In this document: one piece after another, positions 1-10,043 of the stretch
Layout of the letters: each line of letters starts with the position of its first letter
How positions within the stretch are numbered: the stretch's first letter is position 1
Source: Catajapyx aquilonaris
Taxonomy: Eukaryota
DNA length: 20,000 bases
Assembly (NCBI GenBank): GCA_000934665.2
Contig: JYFJ02000469.1
Span: 116,555 to 136,554, forward strand
Direction of reading: 5' to 3'
Translations under genes and position numbers: made by a program
Notes under the pieces: model-generated
Told to the model about the DNA's origin: nothing
Databases searched by the model: none
Seen by the model: the letters and a program-made list of their open reading frames with translations, nothing else

Positions 1-57
1 AGTACATTTGTGACAAGTTGCATTGGGGCAGTTTAGAAAATGTTGGATTGTTTTCAG

Positions 58-183
58 GCGGTGTCTGCCTACAAAGTTGAACTGGAGAACGACCCTATTG
101 TGAAGGCTCACCTGCGCACTCTGTATGACAACATGCAGGAGCAGAACCTCTGCCGCATCATTGAGCCTTACTCTAGAGTACAG
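58..183 (+). CDS. PSMD11: 26S proteasome non-ATPase regulatory subunit 11 (Rpn6), penultimate coding exon (upstream exons outside window)
   Basis: After acceptor ttttcag(57) reads [42 protein letters not shown], matching the PCI-domain segment of PSMD11 ([32 protein letters not shown]). Ends at a phase-0 donor CAG|GCAAGT (GC-AG intron 184-1031). Confidence 0.95.
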
Positions 184-1031
184 GCAAGTAGTGCATTTCA
201 TCAACTCCCGAAAGCTGAGAAATGCTAGTGAACTCATTTTCCACTCATATGCAAGTAGAACCATGCCCAGTGGGAAACTGGACTTTACTGTGGTTATGAT
301 TATTATACTTGTAAGGTCTCATCCATCCCGAAAGACTCGGACAATGTAATGCAATGAACCTTGATGCGTTTTTTTTTTTAATGAACCGGTGACAAGAAGT
401 GGCATTTTCATCGTAAAAATTTGTACCTCCCCACTTGTTTAATAGTTGCCTTTTGCACATAGCCACTAGGCTCACATTTTTATCAGTGTTTAGTAAAAGT
501 GATGTGAAGCACAAGTCAAGGCAAGAGCCACTTGTTCCAGCCAATAAGGCTTTGCAAGTGTCAATAATCGCACATTTCAGGATCAGACAAAATGCCAAGC
601 AAGGGGTAGGGCATGACATTTGCACTGCAACCAATGCTTTAAAGAAGCAAACATGATATTTGTCTTCTAGGACTGCCCTTTGCAGACAGGTGCAATTATG
701 TGCATTACAAAACGAAGCATCACATAATATTATCTGGAGAGCCAAAATCCTTAATACCAACTAGGACAATATTTTGTCTTCTAATAATGCAAGGAACAGA
801 CGATCAAGAGCAAATGTGAAAACTGTTCCAAAGATCTTGTAGGTGTCAGCTGACTTGACAAACACACTGTGTAGGGCTTGTTAAAATTATGAATCTTTCC
901 GTACCAAAACTCTCCTGTGCCTTACATTTTGCAATTGTGCTTGCTTACACACTGGAAAAGATTTAGAAGTGACCATCATGATTATGGAGAATGCCTTGTG
1001 CATATGATAATGTATTGCACCATGTTCACAG

Positions 1032-1262
1032 GTGGCTCACATTGCAACGTGCATCAACCTCCCGAAGGATCAGGTGGAAAAGAAGCTGTCCCAAATGATT
1101 CTGGACAAGAAGTTCCACGGGATTCTGGACCAGGGGGAAGGTGTCCTCATCGTGTTTGAGGACAAACCAGTGGACAAGACTTATGAGGCTGCCCTTGAGA
1201 CCATCCAGAACATGGGGAAGGTGGTGGACACCCTTTACCAAAAAGTGAAGAAGCTGACGTAA
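1032..1262 (+). CDS. PSMD11: PSMD11/Rpn6 terminal coding exon
   Basis: Acceptor ttcacag(1031); [76 protein letters not shown] closely matches the PSMD11 C-terminus. Confidence 0.97.
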   Translation: MAHIATCINLPKDQVEKKLSQMILDKKFHGILDQGEGVLIVFEDKPVDKTYEAALETIQNMGKVVDTLYQKVKKLT

Positions 1263-2077
1263 CGTGCAATTTTCCCCTCCCTGCCCTCCTCTGATCCTCT
1301 GTAAACCAGTTTATCTCACTATTTTGGTTCATTATTTCTGCCCTTTAAATCCCAACATCCTGTGATGGTTTAAAAGCAGTGTATCAATTTGGCAGACCTG
1401 TCCAAACGGACAATAATTATGCACCATGCAACTGTAACTACCAAGTTAGATAAAAAAAAAGAGAGGACAAGCTAATTATCCTTGTTTTGGGTACCTCACT
1501 TATGTACAATACAAATTGAATCCAGTTATTTTTTTTTGGCTGTATCTGTGTATTTTGTGGTTTAATTGAAATCTGGGAGGCCAATTTTAAAAGCAGCTCA
1601 AGTGCCCGCCATGTGAGGAAAAGGAGCCTTTTTTTGTGCAAGAAATTGGCCTTTCCTAGTGTTCTCTTAACACTCGTGACTTCTGAATGTTTGGTTTATT
1701 TCTTGTGTCAATATTTATGTATTTTTTTGGGTTTTTTTGATTAATTTAGGACTAAAAATTTGAGAGCATTGCCTTCCCCACAAGAATTTGAATTTTTGTA
1801 ATTATTTATCAATTGGTAAGACCTTCCCTTCTACGCATTTCCAACTTGTAAAGAAATCTCAGCCAGTGTTTATTAGGCTGTAAAATCTCTTAGGCCATAA
1901 CAACCTTCTGGTTTTCTTAAATTTTTTTTTGCTGATATCATGCATCAGGGTAAGGCGTAAAGATCTTTGCTGTGGCGCAGTGAGGCCGAGAGAGAACAAA
2001 GCAGAGTTTGTAGACTCCGATTTTTGGTTGGTCGGGTCGTGACTGCGGTTGAAAGTCTTGTAATTTCCAGTATTTAC

Positions 2078-2083
2078 AATAAA
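2078..2083 (+). terminator. Probable PSMD11 polyadenylation signal
   Basis: AATAAA followed by a GT-rich tract (tcgtttgttgatatgttgttgtc), ~820 nt after the stop codon. Confidence 0.55.
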
Positions 2084-2273
2084 ACCAGCCTCGTTTGTTG
2101 ATATGTTGTTGTCCTTATTTGCGGTCCTTTCCAGAAAAGATAAAACTGCTTTTGCACAATGTTTCAGTGCAAAACCGTCTTAACGTGAGAAAGTTCATGG
2201 TCATAATTCACGTCGAGCAAATAAAAGTGCTGTAGTAAAGTTCGTGCACAAATTGTGCGAGTTCAGTCTTTTC

Positions 2274-2279
2274 TTTATT
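2274..2279 (-). terminator. Probable polyadenylation signal of the IAP gene
   Basis: tttatt (AATAAA on minus) ~165 nt past the IAP stop codon at 2443-2445. Confidence 0.5.
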
Positions 2280-2442
2280 GTACTGTATGGCATCACATGA
2301 TACACAGCCTTATTCCTCTCCGTATAATGTAATAAATTATCAAAAAAATTGATCAAAAATACTCTGAATAACATCTGATTCCTGTTATATAATCCAATTA
2401 TCATTATGACTTTCACCTTCTGCGAGTTTCTTGCTAAACAAA

Positions 2443-2660
2443 TTACAACCCTAAGCGTTTCAGACGCAGCCGGGTGCATTCCTCCACCGCAGGGTTGATG
2501 GAGAGCCGGACCCGGAAGAGGGCTTGCACTGGACACTTGCAGAGAGGGCAAGCGGACAGCTCCAAGCCACACCTCATCCCGAATCGGTGTGCGCAAGGCT
2601 GGAGTATCACACGCAGGTCCTCCTTCTTGCACACTGAGCATTTGTTCTCCTCTTCCTTGA
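2443..2660 (-). CDS. IAP gene terminal exon: degenerate IAP-type RING finger
   Basis: Acceptor tctgttgcag|TC; reads (I)KEEENKCSVCKKEDLRVILQPCAHRFGMRCGLELSACPLCKCPVQALFRVRLS...GL*; Cx2C-x11-CxH...C-x6-CPxC spacing as in IAP RINGs. Confidence 0.85.
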
Positions 2661-5600
2661 CTGCAACAGAATACGCAAGTTAAGCCACATTCATTATATG
2701 GCAGTGAAAACATGAACTATCATTCGCTTTCATCGCATACTGACTGGAGAAAGGGAATGATTGCACACGTTCATTACGGTGATATATGCGACTTACACTT
2801 ACTACTTTTCGGACTGGTTTCAGTCGAAGATGGAGCATCCCCAGGAGTCTCCATCGACTGGCTGCTGAAATGGAAACGTAATATTAGGCCTGTAATGTTA
2901 TAAAACAATAGGCTGACTCACCTGGCGTCATCCAGTTTCTCATTATCTCCAGCCGCTTGCTCGTCAGCAATCACCTCACCTTCAGCCTCCTGATCTACTA
3001 CCAGCTCTGTTGCCTCGCTCAGCTCCTCTGCAGCATCCACTTCCTCCGCCAGTTCTACTGCCAGTTCTTTTGCCTCGGCCAGATCCTTTTCTGCAGCCTC
3101 AACTTCCTCCCAATCTACCATGAGCAATGCCTTGGCCAGCTGCTCTGTAGCCTCAACATCCTCCCAATCTACCATGAGTATTGCCTTGGCCAGCTGCTCA
3201 GCAGCCTCAACTTCCTCTCGATCGACTGGAAGCGCTTTTGCCTCGACCAGCTCCTCTGCAGTCTCCACTTCCTTTGCCAGTTCTTTTGCCTCGGCCAGCT
3301 CCTTTTCTGCAGCCTCACCTTCCTCCCGATCTACCATGAGCTTTGCCTCGGCTAGCTCCTCTGCAGCCTCCACTTCCTCCTGATCTACCGTTGGCTTTGC
3401 CTCGGCCAGCTCCTTCTGTGCAGCCTCCACTTCCTCCTGATCTACTGTGAGCTTTGCCTCGGCCAGCTGCTCTGCATTCTCCACTTCCTCCCGATCTACT
3501 GCCATATCTTTAACCTCAGCCAGCTCCTTCTGTGCAGCCTCCACTTCCTCCTGATCTACTGTGAGCTTTGCCTGGGCCAACTCCTCCTGTGCAGCCTCAA
3601 CTTCCTCCCGATCTACCATGAGCTTTGCCTTGGCCAGCTCCTCTGCAGCCNNNCCGATCTACCATGAGCTTTATCTCGGCCAGCTCCTTCTCTGCAGCCT
3701 CCGCTTCCTCCTGAACTACTGCCAGCTCTTTTGCTTCAGCCAGCCTCTTCTCTGCAGCCTCCACTTCCTCCCGATCTACCATGAGCTTTATCTCGGCCAG
3801 CTCCTTCTCTGCAGCCTCCACTTCCTCCCGTTCCTCTTCATTCCACAGCATCTCCGCCAGGGTAGCCGCGCAATCAAACATTCTTCTCTCCTCCTCCATC
3901 CTCTTCCTCACCACCTTTCTGACCAGATCCCGCTTGAACCCCATTCCTGCAACCTTCTTCACCATGTCTGACCTCAGCCACACCTCCAGGCCCACATCTG
4001 GCATTTTATACCTCCCTCGCACATCCTTCACAAACTGCGTACCTTGAATCATTGCGACAAAGGGGCAACGAAAGTAAAAGTAGGCATGATCCTTCCAGGG
4101 ATTGTCCAATTCGTTCCAGTTGCGAAGACCGCCTCCACACCAGAAGCACTTCACGTGGTCGCCCAGCCGAGTGTAGAAGAACCCAGCTGCAGCTAGGGCT
4201 CTTGGTTTCTGAACCCTTTTCAGGGGCCAGTCACGAAAGGTGTCCAGACGGGACAGAATGTGGGTATAGCAGACAAAGCGAGGCTCCATGTGCTCTGGGG
4301 TTCTCACTACTGGAGGAGAAACATTGCTCCGGTATGGATAAACATCATGAGTAACCTTCGCTGGAAGAGGGCAAATAGGCAAGTGTGAATTTTGAACAAT
4401 TGAAAGCAATGGTAGGTACAAGCTCTTCAAAACCACTGCAGTTCCTTCCATAAGCTCACCTTTCTCCTCGGGTGTTTGCGGGTCAAGGGGTTGCACATGC
4501 TCATGCAGAAACTTCCGTTCAAATTCTGGATCCACGAGGTTGAAAAGCAGTGCGTCCCCATCCTTCAAGCCGTAACTCTTCAAGGTTTTCTTCATGTCCC
4601 TCAGCCGGATGGTGTTGTGAGTCAAATAAAAGTGTGAGGCTGGAATGAGCGACTCCGCCTCAACATAAGTCATTAGCGTTTCGAGATCTAATCCCTCATT
4701 GACTTCCAGCGTGAATGAGATGTATCTCAGGTTGGTAATCAAGATCTTCATCAACGGTTTTTCTGCAAACGAAAAGGAAAATATTCTTTAAAGAAAACAG
4801 TGACAAAGAACCCGTACACATAAAGTACATTTTTGACATGCTCTCTTGTCCTCCATCTGGAAAATATGGATGGAATTTTCGTCCCACTGCTAGTTACTGC
4901 TAAATTAACAGTACCAAGTGTTGACAATGGTACTGTTACATTGATTACTTGATACTAGTGTACGATGGACTTCAGTCTTGGTGTATGAAGGACTTCATAA
5001 GTGACTAACCCCTCGATACGTCTACAGTCATACTGAATCATAAATTATGGGAATGTCTCTTTATTTTTGCCATCACCTGTTCCAGGGCCCAGACGTCCCG
5101 ATTCAAACTGAAGCTCGTCTTCCTCCTCCTCCGAATAATCCCTGTTGCCGCACTCCCCGGTGACAAACGGGCACTTGGGAGCAGCCATCCTATGAGTCTC
5201 CATTGGGTCCTGCCCTTTGTCCCAGTCCCAGATGACATTGGAGCAAAAAGCGCATCTCACAAAGTCCTTCTGCTTCAAGTAAAAGAACCCTGCCCTGGCC
5301 AGTTCCTCAATTTCCATGTAGTCGTTAGGCCACCCTTCATACGTGCTGAGTCTTGTACACTCGTTCTTCAGCGGGTCGTACAGGGTCACCCACTTGCGGT
5401 GCTTGTCATGGGACATGTCGCAATCGGGCTGGCCACGACCAGGCGTACACCTCTTAAGCACAGGCTTGTAAGGTTGTGACACTGTGTGAGGTTTTTCTTC
5501 TTCATCCTCTTCGTCCACTTCGTCCACTTCGTCCGGTCTTACTGAAGGCCAGCAGGGTATGCCGCTGCTCCTTGCAGTTTCCGCCCGCAGTTGAGACAGC

Positions 5601-5897
5601 ATGTATGAAATTCGCATGGCCCCGTCATGCACATTGTAGGCCTCTTCATGCACATTGCGGGCCCCATCTAGGAGATCAGCCACACTGAGCCATTCCGGTC
5701 TTACGCACTCAGGAACAAGGAAGGTAGGTACTGGGGACACAGGCACAAAGAAGCAAGGTCCTAGGAGCTCAGGATTGAACTCCATCCCTATGGAGAAGCA
5801 ATTAATTAATTACAGGCCCCCCAAGTACTTTTGATGGTGATTATTTCTAAACACAAATGGTGCAAATCCTGAGCCTGTGATGGACAGTACCTTCCAT
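2443..5897 (-). CDS. Baculoviral IAP repeat-containing (IAP/BIRC-family) protein, BIR-UBL-BIR-UBA-acidic repeats-RING; join(5897..5891,5787..5077,4762..2922,2864..2803,2660..2443), ~948 aa
   Basis: All four introns are GT-AG and phase-compatible (1,1,2,1). Two BIRs with CxxC...Hx6C, an IAP-type UBA (MGF motif), a C-terminal IAP-spaced RING. The only frame break coincides with the nnn gap at 3651-3653. Confidence 0.8.
2803..2864 (-). CDS. IAP gene 62-nt linker exon (SSQSMETPGDAPSSTETSPKS), not in ORF track
   Basis: Acceptor tttccatttcag, donor A|GTAAGT; bridges the phase-2 upstream donor (AG|GTGAGT at 2921) to the phase-1 RING exon without stops. Confidence 0.75.
2922..4762 (-). CDS. IAP gene large exon: DDI1-like UBL (~4751-4542), BIR (~4268-4056), UBA (~3980-3830), acidic repeat array
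   Basis: Strong acceptor ttttccttttcgtttgcag; ORFs 3597..4754 and 2918..3619 joined across the nnn gap. BIR: RLDTFRDWP..LAAAGFFY..DHVKCFWCGGGLRNW...PWKDHAYFYFRCPFV. UBA: SDMVKKVAGMGFKRDLVRKVV. Confidence 0.85.
2960..3830 (-). repeat. Coding tandem repeat, ~15 units of ~54-63 nt (consensus REEVEAAEKELAEAKLMVD)
   Basis: Recurring + strand motif tgcagcctccacttcctcccgatctaccatgagctttgcctcggccagctcc; unit lengths vary in multiples of 3. Confidence 0.95.
3651..3653. other. Assembly gap (nnn) inside the coding repeat
   Basis: Repeat consensus predicts 11 nt (GAGGAAGTGGA), plus possibly whole units, missing here; the 3-N placeholder causes an apparent frameshift. Confidence 0.85.
5077..5787 (-). 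CDS. IAP gene exon 2: acidic DEVD-containing N-terminus and first BIR (~5371-5162)
   Basis: ORF 5045..5785; BIR: LKNECTRLSTYEGWP..ELARAGFFY...DFVRCAFC...W...DPMETHRMAAPKCPFV. Acceptor ttctccatag (5788); donor ACAG|GTGATG (5076), phase 1. Confidence 0.85.
5891..5897 (-). CDS. Probable start-codon exon of the IAP gene (ATG GAA G)
   Basis: ATGGAAG|GTACTG splices in frame to GG ATG GAG (M-E-G-M-E-F); ATG at 5785 is an alternative start. Confidence 0.45.
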
Positions 5898-5959
5898 CCT
5901 GAAGCAAGCAGACAAAGGAAATGTCAGTTGAAGCAGACAACAGCAGCGCCAGATGGTGA

Positions 5960-6190
5960 AACACGTGGGTCAGGCACACCGGGGGAAACAGCTCATTGCG
6001 ACTGCGCTGGATTCGTACGGACCAATCAGAGGGCGAGATGAACATGTTCAGACCAATCAACACGAGCCAGATGTGCAACTGACATGTTTAAACTCTATTT
6101 AAAAACTTTGGCGCCATAATTTTTTTAATTGGATTTTAAAATTTAACCCTAATTGGCCCCAACATTTACAACAAATACAAATTGATTGGT
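5960..6190 (-). promoter_or_regulatory. Putative IAP promoter (multiple CCAAT boxes, E2F-like site, E-box, Inr-like TCAGTT)
   Basis: CCAAT at 6022 and 6053; ATTGG at 6128, 6152, 6185; TTTGGCGC 6107-6114; CACGTG 5962-5967; TCAGTT on minus at 6082-6077; immediately upstream of the first coding exon. Confidence 0.45.
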
Positions 6191-6257
6191 CAGCCTATGG
6201 GACGAGATTCATGGCACAACCTGTCTTTATTCATTGAGCAGTAATTGTGGTTAAGTG

Positions 6258-6387
6258 CACTGTTAAATAAACCACAAAATACAAAAAACATCACTACTGA
6301 GTCTCCCATGGAGCATCAATTTTGCTGCTAAAAAGCGTCACAAGAGCATTAAAAATTGATGCTCTTTTAAAGCTCTGCGGTTTAGTG
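6258..6387. mobile_element. Short relic of the same non-autonomous DNA transposon family as 18592-18927
   Basis: catcactactgagtctcccatggagcatcaat (6289-6320) is the near reverse complement of 18729-18760; shares cacaagagcatt and gatgctcttttaa motifs; CACTG start, AGTG-TA end. Confidence 0.6.
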
Positions 6388-6574
6388 TATGCAGGTTCAA
6401 GTGCGTGATTATTTTTCCTGGGCTTTTGGAGAGGTCTGGACCGGTGCTGGTCAATACATTTTACTTACAATTTACAAATACATTTACAACAAGTGTGCAT
6501 GGAGAGCATGGTTAGACTGAATCGGATGCGTCATAAGTCACTAGCATTTGCACAAACTCGCCGCCTACATCGTA

Positions 6575-6721
6575 CTATTAACCGCAAAAGTAATGTCGCA
6601 CTGTTCCGCAACTTGTTGTTTAGCATGGGTGTTGCCAAGTTACCGATGTTAATGTGGCAATATTCCGGAATCCACAGCCAATGCTAAACAACAAGTGCGA
6701 CACTACTTTTGCGGTTAGCAG
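6575..6721. mobile_element. Fold-back MITE with TA flanks (Tc1/mariner-like by TSD only)
   Basis: Terminal IR CTATTAACCGCAAAAGTAATGTCGCACT vs its partner 25/28 identical; inner IR acttgttgtttagcat/atgctaaacaacaagt; TA on both sides. Confidence 0.7.
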
Positions 6722-6917
6722 TACATTAATTAGGTAATCGGGCAGGTGCCAGTTATTGGCAGGAAGCCATTACCAGCAGCCGCAAGTATGCTCGTTAATC
6801 TGCAACAAGTAGTCATTCTCACTGCGCTGAAACTGCAAGACTGGAATAAACTCAATTTAAGCAAGCATCTTCACAGTGCGAGGGCACATTTCTAAGTGAT
6901 TAAAAACTGCAGCTTAA

Positions 6918-7080
6918 GGTGCATTTACATGTGAGCGATTTGACAAGCAAAGCGGAGCGAAATCTTCGCCGAGGCTAAGTAACCCAAGTAACCAATATTG
7001 TTCAAAGTGAAAATCAGTATTGTTAATTTCAGTCTCGGTGAAGATTTCGTTCGTTCAAATAGCTGACATGTAAACGCACC
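6918..7080. mobile_element. Fold-back MITE flanked by TTAA (Kolobok- or PIF/Harbinger-like)
   Basis: TIR GGTGCATTTACATGTGAGCGATTTGA vs partner 23/26; inner IR cgaaatcttcgccgaggct/agtctcggtgaagatttcg; TTAA at 6914-6917 and 7081-7084. Confidence 0.8.
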
Positions 7081-7164
7081 TTAAGGATAACTGTCATTGT
7101 ACAGGTTACACAACGTCGCTTGCACTTAATTTGAAAGGATCGATGCTTTTTGGAGCACAAACAC

Positions 7165-7170
7165 TTTATT
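7165..7170 (-). terminator. Probable ARF1 polyadenylation signal (3'UTR ~1.2 kb)
   Basis: tttatt = AATAAA on minus, at the end of a UTR-like homopolymer-rich stretch and just before the transposon-rich intergenic region. Confidence 0.45.
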
Positions 7171-8370
7171 TCACAAGTATAGCATGTTCACATGTCTGCC
7201 ATGTAGGAAGGTAGGGAGGGACAAGCCAAAAGCAAAAAATGTACAGTTTTCTTTTAACCTCATAATTTTTTGGGTGGGGGTGGACAGGAGGAAGTGAAAA
7301 AACCACACTTGGTAAACTGTCTTGATTAAAGATTGGGAGGGAATATAAGGAGAGACACATTGTGTTGTACACAAGGGGGGGGGCTTACAAATGATGAGTC
7401 CAATGGATGGGGCGGGGGGAAAAAACCAGTCTCTTCTTTCATGACAACCTCAGAGCCACTTAGGTTTGAAATGATATGGAGAAATCATAACACCTTAAAA
7501 GGGCCTTCCGAAGCACGAAAAGAGGATGGCGGCCAATTTTTCCCGATGCGTTAGAAAAACGAAGCCAACCAGGGGGCAAGCAATGAAAATGGGGCAATAC
7601 TCCTTGGAAGTCCTTATGATTGGAAAGCAGAAAACTGAGTTGAAAAATATGAAGAAGTGACACATATTATTAAGGGGGAAAAGGAAAAAAAAAAGGGCCT
7701 TCATTAATAAATAAACTGATCGATAAAATTGTCAAACACTCGGAATGTGACTAAGTTCTTGGTTTTCTGTCCCACTCACTCTTTTTTAGCTTTCAAATGT
7801 GGCTTTCTCTGCAGAACTGTTATCAATTTTACTAAATTTGCTAGAAACTCTACAAGTATGAAAAGCTAGAAACATTTTTTGTTTTATATTATATTATATA
7901 TATATAGAGCGTGTCAGATTCCGACCAATGCATTTCTCTTTCTCGTTCGCACTCACCCAAAAGTAATACAAAAAAATGTCCAACCTAACGTCTTTAATAA
8001 TAATTATGGATTCTGTATAATTATGTCTACAAAGGAACAAAAAGGCGACAGGGAAAAATAACTGTGGCTAATATGATGCTTTGACGGTGGTAATAGTGAA
8101 CTTTGTCCAGCAGGAAAAAGGATATCATTATCGTCGCAGCCACCCCCAAAAATTTCTCTCCCAAACTTGCGGGAACCAGGGGGATTTATAGAACCCAAGA
8201 AACGCAACTTTTTCCAACACTACAACGATAATGATCACACGGTGGCAAAACACACCACCTGCTCAATTTAACCCCCTTTTTTTCTAAAAAGAAAAAAAAA
8301 ATCATTCTGAAATCCCTTGATTTTTTTTTTTAATCGACCCCCTTTTTTTGAAAAAGTTTGGTCGCCCCCT

Positions 8371-10043
<1,673 letters not shown>

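Noticed and set aside
245..760. 171-aa minus-strand ORF
   Set aside because: Lies in the PSMD11 intron, non-ATG start, no recognisable homology.
2201..2713. 170-aa minus-strand ORF
   Set aside because: Alternative frame over the RING exon, intron and 3'UTR with no recognisable motif.
3597..3660. Apparent frameshift suggesting the IAP is a pseudogene
   Set aside because: It falls exactly at the nnn gap; restoring the 11 nt predicted by the repeat consensus restores the frame.
2960..3830. CRISPR-like or non-coding array interpretation
   Set aside because: Eukaryotic context, no unique spacers, and units translate in frame as protein repeats.
2957..4047. Plus-strand Ser/Ala-rich and Leu/Cys-rich ORFs
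   Set aside because: Antisense shadows of the coding acidic repeat.
4906..4938. 11-bp inverted repeat in the IAP intron
   Set aside because: Too short to distinguish from chance or a decayed repeat.
5380..5470. KPVLKR...RKWVTL resembling PP1 SILK/RVxF docking motifs
   Set aside because: The essential aromatic residue of RVxF is absent.
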